From positions 1 to 39,971 of the forward strand of contig JAXGJB010000024.1 of NCBI GenBank assembly GCA_040770465.1: a stretch of 39,971 nucleotides of DNA, read 5' to 3'. Positions 18,952-27,391 of the stretch are shown here, in pieces. The stretch is from Methanothrix sp. GTDB taxonomy: Archaea; Halobacteriota; Methanosarcinia; Methanotrichales; Methanotrichaceae. Numbering within the stretch: the stretch's first letter is position 1; every line of letters begins with the position of its first letter. The position numbers were made by a program, and so were the translations under genes. The notes under the pieces were generated by a model. It made no database searches and was not told where the DNA came from. It was given only the letters and a program-made list of their open reading frames with translations.

Positions 18952-19195
18952 GGTTCCCTTCAGAGGACTGGCAGGAGCCCAGGCATCCGCCGTCGCCGTG
19001 ACTGCCGGCGCAAAGGGGGAACGACACGAAAAGCCGCGTTGATAGGTCCTTGGGGGAGATAATGACTATCGTCTGCCCATGACCTCAAGACAACCCAGAT
19101 GCGGTACATATAAGCCCGCTGCGAGGGTCACTGAGCCGACTGCGGATAGTCCAGAGGATGAGGCTTCAGAGTTAGCAGAGCATCGGGCGACATAC
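18952..19195 (+). ncRNA. Putative three-hairpin box H/ACA guide sRNA
   Basis: Three stem-loops, each followed by G-ACA (19024, 19090, 19190); hairpins 1 and 3 have an internal pocket and a GA/GA K-turn; upstream TATA; no credible ORF. Confidence 0.65.
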
Positions 19196-19301
19196 CAACA
19201 TCATCCGAACTGTTAATATCAATTTCTACATATATTAGTCGTTCCGCTCGTTTCTTCCATTGGCTTAAATATCAGCAGCTCTTGATCGTGGTCTGCAGAC
19301 T

Positions 19302-20000
19302 ATGAGGGGAATTCTGATCACCTTCGAGGGCATCGACGGGAGCGGGAAGTCTACGATCGTCTCCGAGGTCGCCCGAACCATCGCCGAAGATGGAAAGCCA
19401 CCATTCGCGGGAAGACGTTTTTTCTTCACCGCCGAGCCGACCGACGGCGAAGAGGGACGGCTATTGAGAGAGAGGCTCAAGATGGACTCAGCAGCGGAAG
19501 GGCTAGGGCCGAGGTCTATGGAGGCGGAGAAGATGGAAGAGCTCTTCTTATTCATGGCCGACCACGCCCGCCACCTGGCAGAGACGGTGATCCCATCCCT
19601 CGAAGAGGGTATGGTTGTGATCTCAGACCGATACTCCGACTCACGGGTCGCCTACCAGGGGGCCACCCTGCGCGAAGTCGTGCCCCACCCCCTGGAGCTG
19701 GTGAGAGAGATCCATCGTCCATGGAGCGTCCATCCCGACAAGACGATACTATTTTCGATAGATCCGGCCGTGGCGGTGGAGAGGTGCCTTTTGAGGCATG
19801 AAGAGGAGGCGATATCCATGACGGCGAAAGCCCCGGAGAAGTTCGAGCGGGAGGAGTTCCTCCGAATGGTATCAGAGAATTTCGAGATGATGACGAAGCA
19901 GGAGCCCGAGAGGTTCGTCATCATCGACGCCGCCCGAGAAAAGAAGGAGGTTCTGGCAGAGACCATGGAGTCCCTGGCCAAGATCCTCGAAGACGTCTGA
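19302..20000 (+). CDS. tmk: Thymidylate (dTMP) kinase
   Basis: ITFEGIDGSGKST, LFLFMADHARH, VISDRYSDSRVAYQG, FEREEFL. Confidence 0.95.
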   Translation: MRGILITFEGIDGSGKSTIVSEVARTIAEDGKPPFAGRRFFFTAEPTDGEEGRLLRERLKMDSAAEGLGPRSMEAEKMEELFLFMADHARHLAETVIPSLEEGMVVISDRYSDSRVAYQGATLREVVPHPLELVREIHRPWSVHPDKTILFSIDPAVAVERCLLRHEEEAISMTAKAPEKFEREEFLRMVSENFEMMTKQEPERFVIIDAAREKKEVLAETMESLAKILEDV

Positions 20001-20059
20001 AGACCCCGACGAGATGCGAGCAGCAAGGTTGATTCAACCCGGATTTCGAGCCGGCGCGA

Positions 20060-20752
20060 CTAATCGGAAAGAACAACCGGATCGTTCAGGGCCATCGCCA
20101 CCAGCCTTCGAGCCCATCTGAGCTTCATCTTCTTTTTCGGCGTGACGTCGGGATCATCGTAATCGAAGCCTATGATCCTGATATTTCTGGCTCCGAACCG
20201 TCGGGCGAGAAAAACGGCCCGATCCCCGTCGGAGAAGCCGCCGAAGTTGTAGACCCCTTCGATCGGCTCGGACTGGGTGGTGCCGAGGACTTTTGTGAGC
20301 TGTGGGACGTACTCATTGAGGGCCGCCATGTTGTCTCCGTGGGCGTGGACCACCACCGCCGAGCCCCCGGCATTGGCGGCGAGGATGTCGGGGAGAAAGC
20401 CGTCAAGATCGGTGACTATGACGTCCGGAAGAAGACCCGCCACGAGGACCGCCGTAGTCGCCCCGTCGGCTGCCACGATGACCATATCGTCGGGCTTCGC
20501 CCACCGAGGCGGCTCCGATGATTTGCAGCCCGCGAGGATCGACTCCAGACCTTGCGGAAGGCTCGGCCCGTTCCCACAGACGAGGACCTCGCGCCCTCGG
20601 ATCATCGGGTCGATATCCTCGATGGAGAGATCTCCCACCCGGCCCGATAAGAGGCTCTGGAGGAGCCGGGCCGCCTCCTCGTCCGCCTTTCTGGTGAAGC
20701 AAAACTCCGCCAGGATCTCCTCGTAGATCGGCTCCCAGTCCGAAAACCGCAT
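20060..20752 (-). CDS. mptE: 6-hydroxymethyl-7,8-dihydropterin pyrophosphokinase (methanopterin pathway)
   Basis: WEPIYEEIL, VCGNGPSL, AADGAT, PDVIVTDLDG, VHAHGDN, NFGGFSDGDRAVFLA, KKMKLRWA. Confidence 0.9.
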   Translation of the reverse strand: MRFSDWEPIYEEILAEFCFTRKADEEAARLLQSLLSGRVGDLSIEDIDPMIRGREVLVCGNGPSLPQGLESILAGCKSSEPPRWAKPDDMVIVAADGATTAVLVAGLLPDVIVTDLDGFLPDILAANAGGSAVVVHAHGDNMAALNEYVPQLTKVLGTTQSEPIEGVYNFGGFSDGDRAVFLARRFGARNIRIIGFDYDDPDVTPKKKMKLRWARRLVAMALNDPVVLSD

Positions 20753-20903
20753 GTTACGCCATCGGCCTATCTAAATTAAGCCTTTTCGGAGTGATATGGT
20801 GGGACACGATTGCGATGGGAGCAAAAAGACCGGTCATCATTAAGAGGACGTTGGAGAAGATGATCGAATAAAAAGAAGAAAAGAGTGGGGAAGACTTTCC
20901 CCA

Positions 20904-21941
20904 TCAGTTCCCGCAGCACCCGCCGGTTGTTGCAGGTATATCGTTGTATATATCGCTGTAGATGGCACCCGCCGTGCTCTTAGTCGCGTTGGACATGGTC
21001 ATGCCCATGCAATCGTAATTGCAGGGGTTGTAGTAAGGCCCATAGTCGCACGGGTCGCCACATCCGAGGATGCAGCAGGTGAGCCAGTCCTTCGGCGCAG
21101 ATTCTTTCTTGTAGGGCACGTCGATGCTCATGTTCTTCTCGATGTGGAAGGTTCCGACGTAGTGCTCATCGATCTCGATCATGGGATTCACCCAGGCGGA
21201 GGTGGCCCTCTTGCCTGTGTATGTACTGTTGGGATCCATGGAGTTCGGCTCTCCCTGGAGGACTCCGATGTCAACCATACCATCGGTGATGTCCTCATTG
21301 ATCTTCATGGATGTGTACCCGACTCCCTGATAGACCGGATCTTCGTATATGTATCGCTTGTCCTTGACTATGACGTCAATCTCCTTGTCGATCGCCTTCG
21401 CGTACTCCACCTGGTGGTGCATCATGGTGGCAGGCTTGTAGTTCTTGATGACGGTCTTCTCCTTCAGGAGGGAGTTGTAGACGATCGGGTTTCTGGCATA
21501 GTAGCCGTTCCCGTAGGTCATGGCCATTGGGGAGTAGACCATGGAGTTGTCCTCCCTCGCAGAGATGCAGGAGTATGCCTCACACTCTCTGAAGCAGCCC
21601 ACTGGCCGGGAGTAATCGATCTCCTCAGCGCAGATGGTGATCTCGTTGTCTATGGTGCCGCTCCCGTGGGCGTAATCCTTGTACATCGGCCCTTTCGCAT
21701 TGGTGTCCGGCGAATCGAGCTGGATGTACCTGTAGGTCATGAAGTAGCCGCTGCCCTGGACGCTCTGGTCGAAGTCGAAGGTGATATTATTAGATGTTGT
21801 CCCCGTACCGCAAAGATGTTTTCCATAACAATCGTACGTGACCGTACAAGACGAATCCGAACACGGCTCACAATTTGGCCCTGCTGACGCCATCCCCATC
21901 AGGAACGACAGGGCGAGTATAGCAAGTGTAACTTTTTTCAG
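20904..21941 (-). CDS. Secreted Cys-rich hypothetical protein; probable CTG start at 21941
   Basis: Extending the 331-aa ORF by 14 codons gives (M)KKVTLAILALSFLMGMASA, a classic signal peptide behind GGAGGGAG. Host-like codon usage; Cys clusters at both ends. Confidence 0.8.
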   Translation of the reverse strand: MKKVTLAILALSFLMGMASAGPNCEPCSDSSCTVTYDCYGKHLCGTGTTSNNITFDFDQSVQGSGYFMTYRYIQLDSPDTNAKGPMYKDYAHGSGTIDNEITICAEEIDYSRPVGCFRECEAYSCISAREDNSMVYSPMAMTYGNGYYARNPIVYNSLLKEKTVIKNYKPATMMHHQVEYAKAIDKEIDVIVKDKRYIYEDPVYQGVGYTSMKINEDITDGMVDIGVLQGEPNSMDPNSTYTGKRATSAWVNPMIEIDEHYVGTFHIEKNMSIDVPYKKESAPKDWLTCCILGCGDPCDYGPYYNPCNYDCMGMTMSNATKSTAGAIYSDIYNDIPATTGGCCGN

Positions 21942-22200
21942 ATCACTCCCTCCGTCTAAACTAAGTTCGGTAGAGACTTACATAAATCTAACGCCACCCA
22001 CCTATTTTAATCTGTTGATTGCATGAGATATTGAGCTTATGGACCAACTCCGGATTTCCAAGCATTAAGAGATATTTTGATGAAAAAAGCGATTATCGGA
22101 TATTTTGGAAGAAAAAAAATGGATTTTGGATTTGATAGTCCCAAAAAATGGAATAAAATAGAGAATAATGCCCCCCATAGGCGAAATTGCCTTCTAAGCA

Positions 22201-23052
22201 CTATTCATCACCGGATGATAGGACTCGCCTCTTGAACTCCTCGAATCCTATGGAATTGATGAACTCCCGCAACCTCATTCCGGGCTTGGCCCCCGCCCGA
22301 TAAACCTCCAGGATGCGGTCGATGAGAGGCAGGATCTCATCCCGATCCACGAAGTCGCGGAACATCCATCCCTCGTGGGGCGGCCAGCTCCCGCGCCCGC
22401 CTACAAAGAGCATATAGCCGTCCTCGGCGGTGTACCGCGCTCCCACCGGGCAGTTCACGACGCACCGGCCGCACATGACGCACTTATCGTAGTCGATGAC
22501 CGCCTTTCCGTCGACTACGGTGGCTGCTCCCACCTTGCAGACCGCAACGCACTTCTCGCATCCTGTGCACTTTTCAAGGTCCAGCTCGGGCCTGACCCGC
22601 CCCATGATCCCGATCTCGTTGAACTGGGGCCTGGTGCATGGGAAGGGACAGCCGCCGATCCCCACCTTGAGGGGGCCGGGGGTCTTCTCGCCCGTGAACC
22701 TCTCTGCGATCTCCTTTGCGAGGGAGGTCGTCTCGGCCGCGGCCTTGAAGCAGTAATCGGACCCGAGGCATGAGACGACGTTCCTGAAGGTCATGCCTGC
22801 GGACCCGGGAAGAAGCCCCACCTCTCTGAGGTCGCTGAGGGCTGCCTCCAGCTTCCCCTCAGGGACGCCAAGGATCGACAGCTCCTGCCTTACCGTTATG
22901 TGCACCTCGGCGCCGTACTTCTCGGCGACCTCTCCTATCCGCTTCACCTGGCCGGGAGCGAGCATCCCTCCGGTCACCAGGATCTTTATCTCGAACTTCC
23001 CGTCCTTCCTCTTGAATACGGCGGGCATCCCTTTGTACATTTCTGGCTTCAA
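22201..23052 (-). CDS. Small siroheme sulfite/nitrite reductase-like protein (Dsr-LP type) with 2x[4Fe-4S] ferredoxin insert
   Basis: HITVRQEL, RNVVSCLGSDYC (CX5C), KVGIGGCPFPC (CX3C), CTGCEKCVAVC and CVMCGRCVVNCP; SD GGAGGA before the TTG start. Confidence 0.88.
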   Translation of the reverse strand: MKPEMYKGMPAVFKRKDGKFEIKILVTGGMLAPGQVKRIGEVAEKYGAEVHITVRQELSILGVPEGKLEAALSDLREVGLLPGSAGMTFRNVVSCLGSDYCFKAAAETTSLAKEIAERFTGEKTPGPLKVGIGGCPFPCTRPQFNEIGIMGRVRPELDLEKCTGCEKCVAVCKVGAATVVDGKAVIDYDKCVMCGRCVVNCPVGARYTAEDGYMLFVGGRGSWPPHEGWMFRDFVDRDEILPLIDRILEVYRAGAKPGMRLREFINSIGFEEFKRRVLSSGDE

Positions 23053-23510
23053 CGCGATTCCTCCAGCGAACTTTAGAACGATGAACGGCGAGGAACTTGT
23101 AAATTGTGGTTGAAAAGATCAGAAAAGATAAAGGGGATGACTCCCCCCCGTCGCTTATCAATATCATCAAATACGCATAAACTGAGATGCCACGAGGAAG
23201 CGGTTCTAACCAAAAGGTTAATACGTAAGGGATAAAGTAGAAATCTGCCACATGCCCGTCGGCGTCGATCTTGGGAACGAGCAATATTTTGGTTCCATTA
23301 AGCTGGAAGAGCGCGATCTTTCGATGAGAAGCGTGGAAAGCCCGGCTGATACGGTCATCGGATTAGATTAAGTTCGGGATTTTATACAGATCTCCACCCG
23401 AAGAGATCGATCGAGGAAGCATGTGATGTTGATGATGCCCCACGATGGATAGTGCCGTAGGGAAGGACGAAATACCAGCCCGAGAGCTGGAAAAGGAGGA
23501 CAAAAGGGGG

Positions 23511-24371
23511 ATGCTGGCAGAACTGGAAGAAAAGAAGGCCCGGCTGAAGCAACAGGCCGTCGATTATAAGGATAGTCGCAGCCAACTGAACGCTGAAGCC
23601 AGCAAATGGGCCGCGGAGCGGAACGAACTGAACAAGAAGACGAAGGAGCTCATAGACAAGGCCCAAGAGCTCAAGACGCTCCGTGACGAGTACAACAAGA
23701 ACGTCGCCGAAGCCAAACAGAATCGGGACGAGTACAACGAGAAGACCAACGACCTATACGCTCAGATCGACGAGATCAGGAAGAAGCACAACCTGACCGG
23801 CGACCGATCCATCCGAGGTCTGCGAAGAGAGATAGACCACATGGAGTTCAAACAGCAGACCGAGGTTCTGAGCCCCGACAAGGAGAAGCAACTGGTCGAG
23901 AAGATCTCAGCGCTCCGGACCGAATTCAAGTCGAGGAAGGAGCAGATGGAGAAGAACGAGGTGCTCAGGGATCTTCTGGACGAGGCACAGAAGCTTCGGG
24001 ACCAGGCGTCCGAATACCACGATCTCGTTACTAAGTCCGCGGAGCTCGCCCAGGAATATCACGACAAGATGATCGCCACCTTCAAAGAGGCCGACCAGGT
24101 GAGAGCCCAGGCTGACTCTTCCCACCGGGAGTTCGTAAAGGCCCAGGAGGCGGCCGACAAGCAGCACCGCGAGTTCATAAGGACTCAGCGGGAGATTCGA
24201 GATTTCGACAAGATCATCACCGGACTTAGAAGGAAGAACCGGGAGAAGAGAGAGGACAAGGTCAAGGCCGAGGTCAGGAAAGAGGCCGAGGAGATCCTCA
24301 CCCAGTTCAGACAGGGTGAGAAGCTTGATACCGCCGATCTCTTGAGACTTCAGCGTTCTGGATTGGTTTAA
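23511..24371 (+). CDS. Conserved archaeal coiled-coil protein (COG1340-like)
   Basis: Long heptad E/K/L-rich sequence, EFKQQTEVLSPDKEKQLVEKI, C-terminal GEKLDTADLLRLQ. Start may be 23445 or 23511. Confidence 0.85.
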   Translation: MLAELEEKKARLKQQAVDYKDSRSQLNAEASKWAAERNELNKKTKELIDKAQELKTLRDEYNKNVAEAKQNRDEYNEKTNDLYAQIDEIRKKHNLTGDRSIRGLRREIDHMEFKQQTEVLSPDKEKQLVEKISALRTEFKSRKEQMEKNEVLRDLLDEAQKLRDQASEYHDLVTKSAELAQEYHDKMIATFKEADQVRAQADSSHREFVKAQEAADKQHREFIRTQREIRDFDKIITGLRRKNREKREDKVKAEVRKEAEEILTQFRQGEKLDTADLLRLQRSGLV

Positions 24372-24463
24372 ACCCGGGGCGGCCGACTGGCCGCTCCTCA
24401 AACCTTCAAAGATCCGACGTCCTTCCGGCTTCTCTAAACGGAGACGTCGGATACACCAGGTGA

Positions 24464-25150
24464 ATGGAGATGAGGATAACCTGGCTTTCTCATTCTTGCT
24501 TTGAACTCGTCGAGTCCATGAAGATCCTCCTGGACCCCTACATCCGGGATAACCCCATGGCACCTAGATCGGCCGGCGAGTTCGACCCGGATCTCATAGC
24601 CGTCACCCACGGCCATTCCGATCATCTCGGCGACGCTGAAGATATAGCCAGGAGGACGGGCTCGCCGGTCCTGGCCGTCGCTGAGGTGGCAAGATACCTG
24701 GCTCGTCAGGGAGTCAAATCTGAAGGAATGAACATCGGAGGCTCCTTCCGGGTGGGAGACGTCGTCTTCACCATGACCCGGGCGGTCCACTCCTCCGATA
24801 TCACCGTCACAGACCCGCCGACCTGCGGCGGCGAGGCTGCGGGCTATGTCGTCGACGATGGGATCAGGGTCTATCACGCCGGAGATACCGCCCTCTTCAG
24901 CGACATGAGGCTGATAGGAGACCTCTATCGGCCCGACGTCGCTCTCATTCCCATCGGTGGGAGGTATACCATGGGCCCCAGGGAGGCGGCGATCGCCACC
25001 AGCTGGATAAGGCCCCACCTGGTCATACCGATGCACTACAACACCTGGCCCCGGATAAGACAGGACCCGGCTCTGTTCAGGGATCTGGTGGAGACGCTCT
25101 GCGATTCCGAGGTCGTGATCTTGGACGCGGGCGACGCCATGGAATGCTGA
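24464..25150 (+). CDS. UPF0173 metal-dependent hydrolase (MBL fold)
   Basis: ITWLSHSCF, LLDPYI, VTHGHSDHLGD, MNIGG, YHAGDTALFSDM, IPIGGRYTMGP, IPMHYNTWP. Confidence 0.92.
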   Translation: MEMRITWLSHSCFELVESMKILLDPYIRDNPMAPRSAGEFDPDLIAVTHGHSDHLGDAEDIARRTGSPVLAVAEVARYLARQGVKSEGMNIGGSFRVGDVVFTMTRAVHSSDITVTDPPTCGGEAAGYVVDDGIRVYHAGDTALFSDMRLIGDLYRPDVALIPIGGRYTMGPREAAIATSWIRPHLVIPMHYNTWPRIRQDPALFRDLVETLCDSEVVILDAGDAMEC

Positions 25151-25294
25151 TCTCTTCACCATGCCTGACCAACTGCGATCTGACCCGTTTTATTTTTGGA
25201 TTTCATCTGGATTGGTCATGCCCACCCTGCATTCATTCCGATCTTTATGGTGAGAGCGACCGCAAACTTTTAAACTCCGTCGCCGAACCTCCCG

Positions 25295-25789
25295 TTGATG
25301 AGAGATCTTCGCCTGCTCTTTGGAAGGCCTAAGATAAGGGAGAAAGAGGCGTTTCTCGCGGCCTTGAGAGAGGCCCATAATGGGGACGGCTCCGTCGTCC
25401 AGGCGATGGACGCATCCCTCTTGGTGGGCGAAAGCCACGCAGCCTTCGCCGTTGAGAAGGCGATGCGGGCCTTCTCAGAGGAGAGGAACGTGGCCAAAGA
25501 CCTGGGGCTTGAAATTCTCCGTTACGCGTCAGGCCAGAGACAGATCGAGCGGGCGCTCTCCATGGGCGTATCAGAGATGACCGAACGGGTCGCCCTGATT
25601 GTTGTGAAGAACGGCGCAGCTCCGGAGATTTCCCACATCCTAGAGGTCGACGGGGGAGGGCCCTGCTGGAGCCAGGCGGCCGTCAGAGAGGCCTTCGAGA
25701 TCGGGGATGCGGAGATCGAGGCTGTGGGCGAGGAGAGGATTCCCGACCTAGTGCTGGAACGGGTAGCGCTGATAGATGCTTACCATTGA
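25295..25789 (+). CDS. cgi121: KEOPS complex subunit Cgi121
   Basis: VQAMDA...HAAFAVEKA, NVAKDLGLEILRYASGQRQIERALSMG, LVLERVAL. Confidence 0.9.
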   Translation: MMRDLRLLFGRPKIREKEAFLAALREAHNGDGSVVQAMDASLLVGESHAAFAVEKAMRAFSEERNVAKDLGLEILRYASGQRQIERALSMGVSEMTERVALIVVKNGAAPEISHILEVDGGGPCWSQAAVREAFEIGDAEIEAVGEERIPDLVLERVALIDAYH

Positions 25790-25798
25790 GAGGATCTT

Positions 25799-26404
25799 AT
25801 GAAAGAAGAGTTCTACACCCGAAGCCGCTGGCAGAACTGGATCAACAAGATAAAAGAGAGCGGGTTCACCCTCAAGGAGTCGGACGAGGATCCGTCAGCC
25901 GCGGTCTTCGTCTACGCCATGGACGACGTGGTTTTGGCGTGCCTCAAGGTAATCGCGAGATGCGAACACGGCACCATAACCAAAGAGGAGGCGATATCCA
26001 CCATAGACGAGATCAGGGAGATCGTCTCTGAGAGGGACGAGTCCCTGGGAGAGGACGCGAACTTGATGCTGGAGTCGCTGAACGCGTCCCTCTCGGCCGT
26101 ATTCCTTTCAAGCCAGCGGTACATCGAGGGCAGCTACGAAAAGAAGGCGCCCCTGGAGGAGATGGTGAGAAAGGCGGTCCTCGCCGAGGAAGATGAGAGG
26201 ATGGAGGACGCCCTGGGGGTCCTGAGCGAGATCGGGGCGAGGGTCATCGGAGGAGAGTCCCTACCCGAAGAGGCCTTCAACGATCTGCCCTACTGCATGA
26301 CGGCGGAGCTTCTCGACGGGATCGACGCCATCTCCGCAGCCCAGATCGGGGACGACAGCTACAAGGAAGACGACGGGTCCGAGGACGACGGCGAAGACTC
26401 CTGA
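25799..26404 (+). CDS. Conserved euryarchaeal protein (DUF2150-like)
   Basis: EFYTRSRWQNWINKIKE N-terminus, DDVVLACLKVI, acidic tail; host-like codon usage. Confidence 0.8.
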   Translation: MKEEFYTRSRWQNWINKIKESGFTLKESDEDPSAAVFVYAMDDVVLACLKVIARCEHGTITKEEAISTIDEIREIVSERDESLGEDANLMLESLNASLSAVFLSSQRYIEGSYEKKAPLEEMVRKAVLAEEDERMEDALGVLSEIGARVIGGESLPEEAFNDLPYCMTAELLDGIDAISAAQIGDDSYKEDDGSEDDGEDS

Positions 26405-26492
26405 CCGGCCGATATTCCAACCGTCGGCCCGGTCGAGCTGTAGCATCTTTTCGAGGGTCGGCTCGCCTCGATCGTCAACCCGTCTCGACCTT

Positions 26493-27374
26493 TCACCTCG
26501 GCCCGGTGGTCACCTCGCACCCGTTCTCCATAACGATGACGGTATGCTCCGCCTGGGAGACGAGGGCGCCCTCCGCCTCCCAGAGGAGAGGGTACCGATA
26601 AAGGACCCCGGCCCGGAGGAGCTGGGTGAGGGCGTAATCGATCCTTTCCCCCGAGAGCCAACGCCGGGCGAAGGGGAGGGTCGAGTAATTTTCCTGCACC
26701 TGTTTTAAGAGGGCCCTCGCCGGTGGCGCCCGAACCGGCCTCTTCGCGACGAAGGAGAAGATCTCGGCCTCTCGCGCCTCCGATATCCTGCCGATGCCGT
26801 CGGTGGCGAAGGGCTCGATGGCGATGACGTCTCCAGGCGAGAGGATCACCCCCTTCTCTATCGACCGGTTCGGGACCGAGGGCTCGCCGTGGGCCTGGTA
26901 CCGTGCGAGGCCGTGGCCGGTGAGGTTTGCCACCGAGTTGTAGCCGTACCCTTGGATCGCCTCCTCGATGGCCGCTCCCAGGGTCGCGGTGCTCGCCCCC
27001 GGCTCCACCAGCTCTATCGCCGCGGCAAGCCCCGCCCTCGATGCCTCGACGAGGTCGGGGTGGCCGCCGAGGTCCACGGTCACGGCGGAGTCGGCGATGT
27101 AGCCGTCGACGTGGACGCCGATGTCCAGCTTCACCATCTCCTCGCCGAAGACCGACTCGTCCTGGGGCCGGGGGGTGTCGTGGGCCGCGACCCTGTCCCG
27201 AGAGATGTTGCAGGGGAAGGCGGGCTCGCCCCCCAGATCCCGAGTCTTCTCCTCGACGAAGTTTGCCACCTCCAGGATCGAGACGCCGACGTCGATCATC
27301 GAGCTAGCTTCTTCCCGGACCCGGGCCAGGATATCTCCGGCCCTCCTGTACTTCTCAAGCTCCTGAGCGTCCAT
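26493..27374 (-). CDS. map: Methionine aminopeptidase type II
   Basis: AFPCNIS, AAHDTP, KLDIGVHVDGYIADSAVT, NLTGHGL, AIEPFAT, SQAEHTV. Confidence 0.95.
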   Translation of the reverse strand: MDAQELEKYRRAGDILARVREEASSMIDVGVSILEVANFVEEKTRDLGGEPAFPCNISRDRVAAHDTPRPQDESVFGEEMVKLDIGVHVDGYIADSAVTVDLGGHPDLVEASRAGLAAAIELVEPGASTATLGAAIEEAIQGYGYNSVANLTGHGLARYQAHGEPSVPNRSIEKGVILSPGDVIAIEPFATDGIGRISEAREAEIFSFVAKRPVRAPPARALLKQVQENYSTLPFARRWLSGERIDYALTQLLRAGVLYRYPLLWEAEGALVSQAEHTVIVMENGCEVTTGPR

Positions 27375-27391
27375 GAATCATCAGACTCCGT

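Noticed and set aside
18940-19210. RNase P RNA, SRP RNA or a riboswitch (cobalamin, TPP, fluoride)
   Set aside because: I could not find the GAGGAAAGUCC/ACAGAA P4 strands, the SRP helix 8 motif or riboswitch cores on either strand; the H/ACA-like pattern fits better.
22859-23284. 141-aa minus-strand ORF upstream of the reductase gene
   Set aside because: Overlaps the reductase out of frame and runs through AT-rich promoter-like DNA; no recognisable motif.
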